In this document: piece after piece, positions 1 through 10,222 of the stretch
How positions within the stretch are numbered: the stretch's first letter is position 1
Layout of the letters: every line of letters starts with the position of its first letter
NCBI GenBank assembly: GCA_963668315.1
Contig: OY764216.1
Location: forward strand, 4,768,001 to 4,832,000
Origin: Spirochaetia bacterium
GTDB taxonomy: Bacteria > Spirochaetota > Spirochaetia > DSM-2461
Length of the DNA: 64,000 nucleotides
Direction of reading: 5' to 3'
Made by a program: the position numbers and the translations under genes
Notes under the pieces: model-generated
Told to the model about the DNA's origin: nothing
Databases searched by the model: none
The model's input: only the letters and a program-made list of their open reading frames with translations

Positions 1-687
1 GCCCGCCTGTTTTTCCGCTTCCCGCACGCTGTAGCCTTCGTCCCTGATCCGGTTGAACAGGAGCGTCTGATCCGCCGGATTCACCACGGACAGGATAGAG
101 CGGGCGTGACCGGCGGAAATAACCCCTTCGTCCACGGCCTGCTGCATCTCCCCGGAAAGGTTCAGAAGCCTCAGACTGTTGGCGACGGTAGCCCTTTTCT
201 TGCCCACCAGCTCGGCGACTTCCTGCTGGGTCAGATCGAGGCGCTCCATCATCTCCTTGTAAGCCTTGGCTTCCTCAATGGCGGTGAGGTCCTCCCGCTG
301 GATATTTTCGATCAGGGCGATGCCCAAGCGGCTCTCTTCATTCAGGTCGTCCCTGATAACCGCGGGAACCATCTCCAGCCCGGCTATCTGAGACGCACGG
401 AACCGTCTTTCTCCGGCGATAATTTCGTATCCGCCGACTGCTTTGGGAGCTATGATGAGGGGAGAAATCACCCCCTGGCTTTTTATGGAATCGGCCAGTT
501 CTCTCAGGGAATCTTCGTTGAAGTGCTTTCGGGGCTGATGGGGGTTGGCGGAAATTTCCGCCAGGGCCACTTCCCGTATGCCTGCCCCTTCGGCAGGAGT
601 CAGGTCGCCTCCGTTCAGGACATCAAAGTCCTCATCCTGTAGAAGAGCTCCCAGCCCTTTTCCCAGAGCGGATTTTTTAACAGACAC
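1..687 (-). CDS. parB: ParB/Spo0J partition protein (3' end runs off the window)
   Basis: Manual translation from GTG at 687: MSVKKSALGKGLGALL...ISANPHQPRKHF...YEIIAGERR. It overlaps the parA stop and is not in the ORF track because it is truncated. Confidence 0.95.
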   Translation of the reverse strand, partial: MSVKKSALGKGLGALLQDEDFDVLNGGDLTPAEGAGIREVALAEISANPHQPRKHFNEDSLRELADSIKSQGVISPLIIAPKAVGGYEIIAGERRFRASQIAGLEMVPAVIRDDLNEESRLGIALIENIQREDLTAIEEAKAYKEMMERLDLTQQEVAELVGKKRATVANSLRLLNLSGEMQQAVDEGVISAGHARSILSVVNPADQTLLFNRIRDEGYSVREAEKQAG

Positions 688-1447
688 GTTCCAACACCTC
701 ATTTGCTAATTTTTGATAACTTTTGGCCCCCACACAGGCATTGTCGTAAAGACAGACGGGTACGCCGTGGGAAGGAGCTTCGGAAAGCCGGATATTCCGG
801 GGTATGACCGTCTTGAAGAGGATCTCCGGATGGGATTTAAAAGTGGCTTTCACCTGGGAAATGACTTCGTTTGCCAGACGGGTACGGGAATCGTACATGG
901 TAAAAAAGATTCCCCCTATCTTCAGTTTTTTGTTGTAGCCCTTCTGGATGCGCTTGACGGTCTGGAAAAGCATATTGAAAAAACCTTCCAGAGCGAAAAA
1001 CTCACACTGAAGGGGAATCATCACATAATCGGAAGCGACGAAACCGTTTATCGTCAGCACACCCAGCGAAGGGGGACAGTCGATCAGAATATAATCATAC
1101 TCCTCCTTGGCAGGCTCCAGAACCTTCTTCAGATAGTTTTCCCAGCCGTCTACATCGGCCAGTTCCACCGTGGCTCCCGAAAGATTCAAATTCGAGGAAA
1201 CAAGGAACAGATTCTCCACGGGAGTACTCAGCGTCGCCTCTTTCAGGCTTTTCCCGCCGGTAATCACCTCGTAGATACCCTCCTGCTTCGAGTCGTAACC
1301 CACGCTGCTGGTCAGGTTCCCCTGGGGATCAAAATCAACAAGGAGCACCTTTTTCCCGGCGTTTGCCAGGTAGGCGCCGATGTTACAAACGGACGTGGTT
1401 TTCCCCACGCCCCCTTTCTGATTGGCAAAAACTACAACATTTCCCAT
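677..1447 (-). CDS. parA: ParA/Soj ATPase
   Basis: ANQKGGVGKTT deviant Walker A, DFDPQGN, DCPPSLG, PRNIRLSEAPSHG. Confidence 0.97.
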   Translation of the reverse strand: MGNVVVFANQKGGVGKTTSVCNIGAYLANAGKKVLLVDFDPQGNLTSSVGYDSKQEGIYEVITGGKSLKEATLSTPVENLFLVSSNLNLSGATVELADVDGWENYLKKVLEPAKEEYDYILIDCPPSLGVLTINGFVASDYVMIPLQCEFFALEGFFNMLFQTVKRIQKGYNKKLKIGGIFFTMYDSRTRLANEVISQVKATFKSHPEILFKTVIPRNIRLSEAPSHGVPVCLYDNACVGAKSYQKLANEVLERVC

Positions 1448-1455
1448 AGTTGCGA

Positions 1456-1484
1456 ATTATACCTTTTTTTTTCGTTCCTGTCAC
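1456..1484 (-). promoter_or_regulatory. sigma70 promoter of parA, probably leaderless
   Basis: GTGACA-17nt-TATAAT, 8 nt before the ATG, no SD. Confidence 0.65.
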
Positions 1485-1501
1485 CGGTGGCCCGGTAAAT
1501 C

Positions 1502-1656
1502 TCCCTAAGTTTTCTATGGAGAAATTTTCATCCGGGGCTTCCCCTGCGGGGCAGGCTCTCCGGGGGTCCGCCTCACGGCTTCCGTCCTCACCCGTCTGCC
1601 CGCTGCGCTCGCCGGACTCCCTCGGACCCGCTCCGCGGCCCCTCCCATCCCTAAGC
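1502..1656. repeat. GC-rich structured intergenic element (REP/MITE-like)
   Basis: Nested inverted repeats (GGGTCCG 1564-1570 / CGGACCC 1623-1629; CCCC-TGC-GGGG). TCCCTAAG occurs at both 1502 and 1648. Confidence 0.4.
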
Positions 1657-1737
1657 CTAGAGGGTAATAATAGATTGACAGTTCAGTAAAATCCCTCTAC
1701 AGTCAAACCGTATATCAATAAATATAGAGGAAATAAA

Positions 1738-2475
1738 TTGAGACTGAAATGGTTGGTATTTCTGGTATTTTTCGGCTTCTCCCTTCAGATTTTCGGAGAA
1801 TCGCAAAGTTACTCTTCCCCCGAAGAGGTGGCCCGGGCCTTCATGGAGGACATGCAGAAGGCTGATTTTGAGCATATCTATACCCTGAACGCCTATTCCT
1901 ATGATGAAATCGTGGATAAACTTGACGCCGGCGCCTTACTCCATCGGGCGCAGACATTGATCATGAGCCAGAACATGGGAAGCACACTCCCCCGGGCTTA
2001 TGGGCCATTAATAAAAATGAACATATTGGGCCGTTACTCCACCCAGTTGAAAATGCTGATCAGCAGTATCCTTCTTCCCGAAGAGTTCGATGACTATCTT
2101 TCCGCCATGCCCCAGTACTTGAATGACGAGGATCTTATCGATTTATATCTCACCTCCCTGGATGTGCGCCGCCTTAAAAAGCTGGAATTGGTGAGAATGG
2201 ATTACGTTCTGCCCGATATCCAGGATAGTCCCCGCTTTCTGGAGAATCTGGAAAGACAGAAAGCCTCCTACGGATTTGACGATAAGAAAGAGTACACCCT
2301 TCTTTATCAGCGGGAAGATGAATATTTTGACGGTGCCATGACCTTTGTCAAATATGGAGACTCCTGGTACATAGACGGACTGGAAGGATTACTCCAGAAT
2401 GCCTCTTCTTCCGGGGTGGCCGGGCCCCTTTCCGGACTGAGGGAGTATCTGAATTTATATAAATTGGAAAACTGA
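1738..2475 (+). CDS. Hypothetical exported protein
   Basis: TTG start with GAGG SD and a hydrophobic N-terminal signal; no family recognised. Confidence 0.75.
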   Translation: MRLKWLVFLVFFGFSLQIFGESQSYSSPEEVARAFMEDMQKADFEHIYTLNAYSYDEIVDKLDAGALLHRAQTLIMSQNMGSTLPRAYGPLIKMNILGRYSTQLKMLISSILLPEEFDDYLSAMPQYLNDEDLIDLYLTSLDVRRLKKLELVRMDYVLPDIQDSPRFLENLERQKASYGFDDKKEYTLLYQREDEYFDGAMTFVKYGDSWYIDGLEGLLQNASSSGVAGPLSGLREYLNLYKLEN

Positions 2476-2502
2476 TTCTTTAATGAATCAAGGGGCCGAA
2501 AG

Positions 2503-3402
2503 GTGAACATAAGAGTAGCTTTTTTTTCCGGAACGGGAAGTACCCAATACGTAGCCGAAGCAATCCGGCGGGAGTGGGAAAACAGAAACCATACCGTCAA
2601 AACAACAGAAATCGGCAGATGCTATGAAAGGGAAACCGTCACTTACGACCTGCTGGTTCTCTGCTACGCCGTCCATGCCTTCAACGCCCCTCTTCCGGTC
2701 ATCCGCTGGATAAAGTCCCAGAACGGGGCGAATCAGACTCCGGCCGTGGTAATATCCGTTTCGGGGGGCGGTGAAGTGACTCCCAATCTGGCCTGCCGTG
2801 TTCTGGCCGGGAAAAAACTGAAAAGGCAGAATTTCCGCGTGATTTACGAAAAAATGATTGTCATGCCTTCAAACTGGATCGTCCCCACCAAAAAGATTTT
2901 GACAGATGCTTTACTCGACATTCTCCCTTTTAAGATATCCTATTGTGTCAGTGAAATACTTGCAGGAAAAGAGAGGCATACAAAAGCCGGCTTAGGGAAC
3001 AGAATCTTTTCTCTTCTGGGAAAACTGGAACATCTGATAGCGGGAAGATTCGGAGAGAAGATCACAGTGAGCGACACATGCAGCGGCTGCGGTCTCTGTG
3101 CTCAGAACTGTCCGGTAGGAAATATACGCCTGGTAGATAACCGCCCCCGTTTTTCCCGTGAATGCGTTTTCTGTCTTCAATGCTTATACGGCTGTCCGAA
3201 AGACGCATTGAAACCGGGTTGGGGGAAATTCATAACCATCTCCGAAGGCTACGATTTCAAGGCGATGCTCAGAGATAAGTCAGATAGCGCCGGTCTTGAT
3301 CTGGAAAAGGAAGCGGGGGGAGTGCTCTGGCTGGGAGTCAAAAGATATCTGTCGGACAGATCGGATCTTTCTCCTCCCGCTTCCCCGGATGGTAAGGATT
3401 AA
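2503..3402 (+). CDS. EFR1-family flavodoxin-ferredoxin protein
   Basis: FFSGTGST flavodoxin-like loop; two CxxCxxCxxxCP motifs. Confidence 0.88.
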   Translation: MNIRVAFFSGTGSTQYVAEAIRREWENRNHTVKTTEIGRCYERETVTYDLLVLCYAVHAFNAPLPVIRWIKSQNGANQTPAVVISVSGGGEVTPNLACRVLAGKKLKRQNFRVIYEKMIVMPSNWIVPTKKILTDALLDILPFKISYCVSEILAGKERHTKAGLGNRIFSLLGKLEHLIAGRFGEKITVSDTCSGCGLCAQNCPVGNIRLVDNRPRFSRECVFCLQCLYGCPKDALKPGWGKFITISEGYDFKAMLRDKSDSAGLDLEKEAGGVLWLGVKRYLSDRSDLSPPASPDGKD

Positions 3403-3462
3403 GGGACAAAAACTCTAAGACCGGCCTTCAGCCATACCCGGATCATGCCCTTTTTCCGGGAA

Positions 3463-4287
3463 TCAGTTTTCCCTCTTTGAAACGGGAATCTGAACCTCCG
3501 TCAGCCACTCCTCGGGGGACTCTTTATTCCAGATACCGTCAATATAGGATTCCCGGGGATTATCCGTCACGGCATATCCCTCCGATTCAATCCAGCGGAA
3601 AAGCCTGTTATAACTTTCCCTCAAAGTGGAATAGGGCCCCTTATGCATCAGGCAGGCCGCCTTCTCCACCTTTGCCACCTTCTTGAATTTAACCCTGTCC
3701 GATTCTTCGCAGGGCGCGACTACGGCCTCGCAGATTTCCACATCTATGTCGCTTTCCCTGTACTCTCCATCGTGATAGATGGTAAAGCAGTACTCCGGTT
3801 CCCGGCAGACGGCGCCAACCGATCTCATATAATCCCCCATTTTAGGAACCACATCAAAATAGCTGTCGTAACTGGCGACCCGTGTGCGCATGGAAGCCAC
3901 AATAACTTCCGGCAAAGATTTTAACATTACGTCATTTTTCATTTCATTCTCTCCTTCCAATCGAACCAGATACTCCCGGATGCGGCCCAGCCGCACCTTT
4001 TCCCGATCCATAGAGAAAAGGATCTCCCTTTCCTTCCGCTTCAGGATCTCCTCCATTTCCACCCGGCCATCCAGCAGTTCTCCAATTTCAGAAAGAGAAC
4101 ATCCCAGATCCTTAAGCAGCAGAATACGGCTGATCCGGGGAAGCTGATCGGCCCGGTAGTACCGGTAGCCTGTCCAGTCATCCACTTCAGTGGGCATAAG
4201 CAGACCGATTTTCTCGTAGTGCCTCAAAGTTTTCGGGGTAATCCGGTTGATTTTTGAAAATTCTCCGATGGAATACATCACATCCAT
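3463..4287 (-). CDS. MerR-family regulator with GyrI-like effector domain
   Basis: YSIGEFSK...TLRHYEKIGLL...TGYRYY; C-terminal HKGPY...PRESY...LTEVQIP. Confidence 0.92.
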   Translation of the reverse strand: MDVMYSIGEFSKINRITPKTLRHYEKIGLLMPTEVDDWTGYRYYRADQLPRISRILLLKDLGCSLSEIGELLDGRVEMEEILKRKEREILFSMDREKVRLGRIREYLVRLEGENEMKNDVMLKSLPEVIVASMRTRVASYDSYFDVVPKMGDYMRSVGAVCREPEYCFTIYHDGEYRESDIDVEICEAVVAPCEESDRVKFKKVAKVEKAACLMHKGPYSTLRESYNRLFRWIESEGYAVTDNPRESYIDGIWNKESPEEWLTEVQIPVSKREN

Positions 4288-4315
4288 AAAAATCTCCTGC
4301 CCATGGGATACTTCT

Positions 4316-4346
4316 ATTGTAGGGATTGTCCCAAGGGACGAGTCAA
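4316..4346 (-). promoter_or_regulatory. MerR-type promoter/operator (19-bp spacer)
   Basis: TTGACT-19nt-TACAAT with the dyad GTCCC-N2-GGGAC (4328-4339) in the spacer, upstream of the merR gene. Confidence 0.85.
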
Positions 4347-4548
4347 GGACGTATCGGAAAAAATAATATTTTTTTCTTTTCCAGAAATAATTTCCCGGGG
4401 ACTATGGCCAGACAGACCCTAAAATGCTAAAAAGAGAATAGAGGTTATCCCCCTTTATGTTCTTAGAAGGGAAAGAGAAGAACAGACGATTCGGTTCGAC
4501 TCCCCTCTGAAGGGTAACCGGCAGAAAAACTTGTCCCCGGGAGACGCT

Positions 4549-5295
4549 ATGCTTGAACGGATAATAAAAAACTACTACTTCTCCGGTACGGGGAACACGA
4601 AAAACCTTGTGGAACACTTTTCCGCCTATCTGAACAGCAAAGGGTACGATTCGGTTATCCGTGAAATGGAAAAGGGCTATGACGAAGATAATGAAGAGGA
4701 TTTCACACTGGGGCTGGTATTCCCCGTAGCCGTACAGTCGACATTTCCCCTTGTCTGGGATTTCATCCTTGATCTTCCCGACGGCCGGGGGCGCGGAGTA
4801 TTCATGTTCGATACGATGGAGGCCTTCTCCGGAGGAATTGTCGGCCCCCTCAGACATACCCTGAGGAAAAAGGGGTACAGATGTCTGGGGGCGAAGGAAT
4901 TCGCCATGGCCTCAAGCCTCAATACGGATCCGAAGAAAGTAGCCGGGGGGGCGGAAAAGAACCGGAAGGCTCAAGCTGACGTCATCGGTTATGCCGACGA
5001 TCTTATTTCGGGCAGGGCCGTCTGGCGGCGAATCCCGCTTTTTTCCGATCTGATGAGATCCATTTCACGGCCTCGGAGCCTCTGGGATAAAATGAGTTCC
5101 GATCTGAGCGTCGAGAGGGGATGCATCAAGTGCATGAAGTGTCTCAGAAACTGCCCGGTTAAGGCGATTTCAATGGGAGAGGCAGGAATTAGTCTTAACC
5201 ATACACTCTGTAATTCCTGCATGAGATGCGCCTCCCGCTGTCCTACCGGAGCAATTAAATATAAGGGAAAGGATTTACAGCTTCCTCCCGCTTAA
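4549..5295 (+). CDS. EFR1-family flavodoxin-ferredoxin protein
   Basis: YYFSGTGNT, GLVFPV, CIKCMKCLRNCP and CNSCMRCASRCP; ATG 4549 has a GGAG SD. Confidence 0.88.
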   Translation: MLERIIKNYYFSGTGNTKNLVEHFSAYLNSKGYDSVIREMEKGYDEDNEEDFTLGLVFPVAVQSTFPLVWDFILDLPDGRGRGVFMFDTMEAFSGGIVGPLRHTLRKKGYRCLGAKEFAMASSLNTDPKKVAGGAEKNRKAQADVIGYADDLISGRAVWRRIPLFSDLMRSISRPRSLWDKMSSDLSVERGCIKCMKCLRNCPVKAISMGEAGISLNHTLCNSCMRCASRCPTGAIKYKGKDLQLPPA

Positions 5296-5410
5296 GCACT
5301 CAGCCCATCGGCCGGTCAGGGACGGGAAGGGAACGGGGTAAAATCATATCCCGGAAATTCAGACCGGCTAATCAGTTGCAAAAGCCCCTCCCATCGTTTA
5401 AACTGGCACC

Positions 5411-6286
5411 ATGAAATCAGCATTTGTTGCCATTGTTGGCAGGCCTTCCGCCGGTAAATCCACCCTTCTCAATGCCCTCTGCGGAGAAAAGGTATCCATA
5501 ACCTCCCCCGTTCCCCAGACAACACGCAATAAAGTCAGGGGAATCCTGAACGATGAAGAGGGGCAGCTCGTTTTTATCGATACGCCCGGATATCATAATT
5601 CGGAAAGAAAATTCAATCAGCTTCTCACGGATATTGTCCATTCCGCCCTGGAAGAGTCGGAGGTCCTGCTCTATGTGGTAGACGCGACCCGTCCCCTCGG
5701 CAAGGAAGAGGAGGAGATAATCACCCTTCTCCACAAAGAGGATAAGCCTGTCGTTCTGGCCCTGAATAAGTGCGACGCTCCCGCCGAACGGCGAAACGAA
5801 CTGAGGGCCTTCCTGCGGCTGAACGCCAAAGTAGACAAGGTCTATGAAATTTCCGCCGTGGAAAAAACCGGTCTCGAAGAACTGCGGAAGGCTCTGCTGG
5901 ACGCCTCGCCCGAAGGCCCGCCCATGTACCCCGAAGGGTACTATACCGACCAGACGCCGGAGTTCCGTATCGCTGAAGTCATACGGGAAAAGGCCATTGC
6001 CCGCACCAGCGAGGAGATTCCCCACTGCCTCTATGTGGAAATGTCCGATATGGAGTGGCGCCAGGACGGCAGGGAACTGTGGGTCCGCGCCTTCCTGACA
6101 GTGGAGCGGGAGAGCCAGAAGGGAATCGTCATTGGAAAGGGCGGCCAGGTGATCAAAGCGATCCGCATAGACGCCCTCAAGGAACTGAAAAAACTCTTCG
6201 ATTATAAGGTCAGCCTGGACCTGCGGGTCAAGGTCAATCCCAAATGGCGCAAGAAAGACTATCTTATCAAGGGCATGTTCAGCTGA
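5411..6286 (+). CDS. era: GTPase Era
   Basis: GRPSAGKS, PQTTRN, DTPG, NKCD, KH domain with SQKGIVIGKGG. Confidence 0.97.
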   Translation: MKSAFVAIVGRPSAGKSTLLNALCGEKVSITSPVPQTTRNKVRGILNDEEGQLVFIDTPGYHNSERKFNQLLTDIVHSALEESEVLLYVVDATRPLGKEEEEIITLLHKEDKPVVLALNKCDAPAERRNELRAFLRLNAKVDKVYEISAVEKTGLEELRKALLDASPEGPPMYPEGYYTDQTPEFRIAEVIREKAIARTSEEIPHCLYVEMSDMEWRQDGRELWVRAFLTVERESQKGIVIGKGGQVIKAIRIDALKELKKLFDYKVSLDLRVKVNPKWRKKDYLIKGMFS

Positions 6287-6920
6287 TAGGATCTCCCAGA
6301 ATCAGGAGGTGTCTCTCTTCCTTAAGAAAGGGCACCTCCAGAGGTTTCACATCTATCAGTCTGAAATGATCCTTCAGCAGGGAGATCTCCTCTTCCACCG
6401 AGGAGGCTTTGCCTTTGTAGGCGGCGATAAGCCCCCCGGGAGCCAGACAGTTCTTCAATCCCTTTAAAATCTCGGGGATAAAAGGACGGAAAGCCCTGAA
6501 CGTGATCAGGTCGTAGGTCTCCCTCACCTGTTTCAGATCCAGATTCTGAACCGTCGCATTTTCCAGATTCAGGGTTATAACCATATCGTTAAGGAAATTG
6601 CACCTTTTACCCGACCGTTCCACCAGATCCACCGTCCAGTCTTCCAGAAAAAGAGCCAGCGGGATTCCGGGCAGACCTCCGCCGGTTCCCATATCGGCCA
6701 GACGGAGGGAGGAACGTCCGTTTCCCAGGTCCCGGATCAGTTCCAGGGCGCTCAGAGAATCCAGAATATGGCGCACAATGAAATCGTCCCCCGCGGCGTT
6801 CACCAGGGAGTAAAGGGGGTTCCAACGCTCGATTTCGTCGATGTAAGCGCGCAGTTTATCCTCCTGCTTCTCCGCAGGTTCAATATTCAGGGCAGTCAGC
6901 CCTTCAGTCAGTTTATCCAT
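6279..6920 (-). CDS. rsmG: 16S rRNA m7G527 methyltransferase
   Basis: [29 protein letters not shown]; follows mnmG. Confidence 0.95.
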   Translation of the reverse strand: MDKLTEGLTALNIEPAEKQEDKLRAYIDEIERWNPLYSLVNAAGDDFIVRHILDSLSALELIRDLGNGRSSLRLADMGTGGGLPGIPLALFLEDWTVDLVERSGKRCNFLNDMVITLNLENATVQNLDLKQVRETYDLITFRAFRPFIPEILKGLKNCLAPGGLIAAYKGKASSVEEEISLLKDHFRLIDVKPLEVPFLKEERHLLILGDPIS

Positions 6921-8790
6921 TTTTCACCTCCCCTGAACCGCCCTGCTTGCCGAGAAGCACAAGAAGTACGGCGATATCCGACTGGCGTACGCCGGAAATA
7001 CGCGATGCCTGCCCTACGGAACGGGGGCGTATATTCCGGCACTTTTCCAGGGTTTCCTTGGAAAGACCTTCTGTTTTTTCCCAGTCGAAATCCTCGGGAA
7101 TGAGGATATTCTCCATCTTCTTAAAGCGCTGGATCTCCCTCTCCTGCCTCTGGATATACCCTTCATATTTGATATCCAGCTCACTGTGATTCACCGTGGA
7201 CAGGGGAACGGAATCAAGCTCGGGCAGAAAGGGAAGGAAATCTTCCATATGAAGCTCCGGATCCTTCAACGCGGTGTGGAAGGTTTTTCCCATATGATTT
7301 TCCCGGAACCGGTCTCCCGCCTGTTTCTCCAGCACTTCGCGGTTCACCTTTCTTTCTCGGAAGAGTTCCTGAATCATGGCCAGGTCCTTTTCCTTCTGTT
7401 CCAGCCGTTCCCGGGCCAGAGGGGAAAGCAGACCGCAGCGCCGTGCGTGATCGGCCAGACGTATCTGGGCGGCGTCATGGCGAAGGTTCAGCCGATACTC
7501 CGCCCGGGAGGTGAACATACGGTAGGGTTCCTTTGTTCCCAATGTGACCAGATCGTCCACCAGGACACCCATGTAGGCTTCGGCCCGGGACAGGATGAGA
7601 GGTTCCTCCCCTCCCAGGGCGAGACCGGCGTTGATTCCCGCCAGCAGTCCCTGTCCCGCCGCCTCCTCGTACCCTGAGGTACCGTTGGTCTGGCCGGCGA
7701 AATAGAGATTTCCGTGCCGCTTGCTTTCCAGGGTGGCCTTAAGCTGTGTGGGGTCCAGGTAGTCATACTCCACGGCATAACCGGGCCTCATGATCTGGGC
7801 ATGCTCCAGCCCGGGAAGGGTGCGCAGAAAAGCTTCCTGGACCAGTTCGGGGAGGCTGGAGGAGATACCGTTCAGGTAGACCTCTTCCGTATCCAGCCCC
7901 TCGGGCTCCACGAAGATCTGATGCCTTTCCCGGTCGGGAAAACGGACCACCTTATCCTCTATGGAAGGGCAGTACCGGGGACCTATCCCCACGATTTCCC
8001 CCGAATAGAGGGGAGATTTATCCATGTTTTCCCGGATTATCCGGTGAGTCTCTTCGTTGGTAAAAGTGATATGGCAGGGAACCGAAGGGCGGTCCACCGT
8101 CTCCCGGGAAAAGGAAAAGGGCTGAATTACGTCGTCCCCGGGCTGTTCTTCCATTTTCGACCAGTCCAGAGAGGAGGCCCTGACCCTGGCGGGGGTTCCT
8201 GTTTTCATCCGGCCGACCTGGTATCCCAGACGGCGCAGACTGGTTCCCAGACCCACGGCCGCCGGTTCTCCGAGACGCCCGGAAGACTGGCGGAATTCGC
8301 CAATGAAGATTTTACCCTCCATAAAGGTTCCCGTGGTAATTACCGTTTTGCGGGAAGTAAAGCGCCGTCCCCTCTCGGTGACAACCCCCAGACACAGGGT
8401 TCCCGAGTCATCCAGAATCAGGTCGGTCACCGTATCCTGAAAAATCTGCAGATTCTTCTGATTCTCCAGTGTTTTCTTCGCCAGAGCGGAGTAGCGGAAT
8501 TTATCCGCCTGCGCCCGTGGCGCCTGAACGGCCGGTCCCCGGCTCCGGTTCAGTATTCGGAACTGAATAAGGGAATTATCTATTAAATGGGCCATTTCTC
8601 CGCCCAAAGCATCTATCTCGCGAACGATATTTCCCTTGGAAAGTCCCCCGACGGCAGGATTGCAGGAAAGTTTTCCTATGCAGTCCAGACTCTGGGTTAT
8701 AACCAGAGTCTCATAGCCCAACCGGGCCAGGGCCAGGGAAGCCTCTATGCCGGCATGGCCGGCCCCCACGACTATCGCATCAAAATCCAT
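6913..8790 (-). CDS. mnmG: tRNA modification enzyme MnmG/GidA
   Basis: [46 protein letters not shown]. Confidence 0.98.
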   Translation of the reverse strand: MDFDAIVVGAGHAGIEASLALARLGYETLVITQSLDCIGKLSCNPAVGGLSKGNIVREIDALGGEMAHLIDNSLIQFRILNRSRGPAVQAPRAQADKFRYSALAKKTLENQKNLQIFQDTVTDLILDDSGTLCLGVVTERGRRFTSRKTVITTGTFMEGKIFIGEFRQSSGRLGEPAAVGLGTSLRRLGYQVGRMKTGTPARVRASSLDWSKMEEQPGDDVIQPFSFSRETVDRPSVPCHITFTNEETHRIIRENMDKSPLYSGEIVGIGPRYCPSIEDKVVRFPDRERHQIFVEPEGLDTEEVYLNGISSSLPELVQEAFLRTLPGLEHAQIMRPGYAVEYDYLDPTQLKATLESKRHGNLYFAGQTNGTSGYEEAAGQGLLAGINAGLALGGEEPLILSRAEAYMGVLVDDLVTLGTKEPYRMFTSRAEYRLNLRHDAAQIRLADHARRCGLLSPLARERLEQKEKDLAMIQELFRERKVNREVLEKQAGDRFRENHMGKTFHTALKDPELHMEDFLPFLPELDSVPLSTVNHSELDIKYEGYIQRQEREIQRFKKMENILIPEDFDWEKTEGLSKETLEKCRNIRPRSVGQASRISGVRQSDIAVLLVLLGKQGGSGEVKNG

Positions 8791-8835
8791 GGTAACTCCT
8801 CAGTGTGGCCCTCCGAAGGCAAAGGCACCTATATC

Positions 8836-10206
8836 CTACTTGCCCACGCAGAAACGGGAAAACATGGTTTCCAGAATATCTTCGGTTCCCACTTCGCCGG
8901 TTATCTCGCCCAGGGAATTCAGGGCGTTTCTCAAATCCTCCGAAAGGATATCCATCGGAAGGTTTTCTTCCAGACCGCTTACAAACCGTTCCAGACTCCG
9001 GTCCGCCTCTTCCAGAAGCTCCTTCTGCCTGAGTGAATCGATAACCGCGCCCTGGGCGGGGATTTTCCCTTCCAGAAGCCGCTCGCCCACCGCCTTTTCC
9101 AGAGCCTCGAACCCTTCGGATGTCACGGCGCTCAGCGGCAGAAATCCCTCGGGAGCGGGACCTTTGGCCAGATCGGCCTTATTCCACAGGGGAATCAAGG
9201 GGACCTTCCCCTTCCGGTCATGCTCTGCGAGGAATAGGCGGTCTTCCCCGGTCAGGCCCCGTTCTCCGTCCACCAGATAGAGAATGATATGGGCCTGGTC
9301 CACAATCTCTCCGGCCCGTCGGATTCCTTCCTTCTCCACCGGATTGTCCGCATCCCGCAGCCCGGCCGTATCGAAAAGCCGGATAGGCACGCCCCCCAGG
9401 GAGATCCACGATTCCAGATAGTCCCGGGTCGTACCGTGCACTTCGGACACGATGGACCGCTCCTCCCGCAGAATCAGGTTAAAAAGGGAAGATTTTCCCG
9501 CATTGGTCTGCCCCGTCAGGACAAGGCGCACCCCGTCCCGGTACATCTGCCCCGTACCGTAGGTGGCCAGCAGCCGCTGGATATGGGCTCTGGCCTCTTC
9601 CAGACGGGTTTTATCAAGTATAACTTTGTCGTCCACCTCATCCTCGGGATAATCCAGGGAGATGGACACGGCGGCCACAAGGGCCAGAAGATGGTCCTTG
9701 ATGCGATTGATTTCCTTCTCGATCGCCCCGGAGAGACGGTTCATAGCCAGGGACTGAGAGGCGGCTGATTTGGCGGAGACAATCTCCTGAACCGCTTCGG
9801 CCCGGGTCAGATCCATCTTGCCGTTCAAAAAAGCCCGGAAGGTAAACTCACCGGGAGAGGCCTGACGGATCCCTTCCCTCTGAAGGAGAGCCAGAATCCC
9901 CTGAATACCGGGAAGGCTGCCGTGGCAGGAAAACTCCACGCTGTCCTGCCCCGTATAACTGCGGGGGGTGCGGAAGACCGAGGCCAGTACTTCGTCCAGA
10001 ACGCGACCGTCCCGGGAATCTATGATTTTACCGTAAACCAGGCTGTTGCCCGGCGCATTGACAAGGGAAATGCCGGGCTTGAAAAATTCAGCGCATTTCT
10101 CAATTATGCCCGGGCCGGAACAGCGGATGACGGCAAGAGCGCTTTCGGCCAGGGGGGTGGCCAGGGCGCCGATCATGTCATCCCTGTTATATGAGTAATT
10201 GTCCAT
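8836..10206 (-). CDS. mnmE: tRNA modification GTPase MnmE/TrmE
   Basis: GEFTFRAFLNGKMDL, GQTNAGKSS, GTTRD, DTAG, C-terminal FCVGK. Confidence 0.98.
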   Translation of the reverse strand: MDNYSYNRDDMIGALATPLAESALAVIRCSGPGIIEKCAEFFKPGISLVNAPGNSLVYGKIIDSRDGRVLDEVLASVFRTPRSYTGQDSVEFSCHGSLPGIQGILALLQREGIRQASPGEFTFRAFLNGKMDLTRAEAVQEIVSAKSAASQSLAMNRLSGAIEKEINRIKDHLLALVAAVSISLDYPEDEVDDKVILDKTRLEEARAHIQRLLATYGTGQMYRDGVRLVLTGQTNAGKSSLFNLILREERSIVSEVHGTTRDYLESWISLGGVPIRLFDTAGLRDADNPVEKEGIRRAGEIVDQAHIILYLVDGERGLTGEDRLFLAEHDRKGKVPLIPLWNKADLAKGPAPEGFLPLSAVTSEGFEALEKAVGERLLEGKIPAQGAVIDSLRQKELLEEADRSLERFVSGLEENLPMDILSEDLRNALNSLGEITGEVGTEDILETMFSRFCVGK

Positions 10207-10222
10207 ATCAGAGTCAAAGCTC

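Noticed and set aside
4493..4504. GGTTCGACTCCC, resembling a tRNA T-loop or integration scar
   Set aside because: The flanks do not form a 5-bp T stem or an acceptor stem, and there is no cloverleaf.
1..10206. Replication origin or parS site near parAB/mnmG
   Set aside because: I saw no dnaA, no DnaA-box cluster and no TGTTTCACGTGAAACA-like parS by eye.
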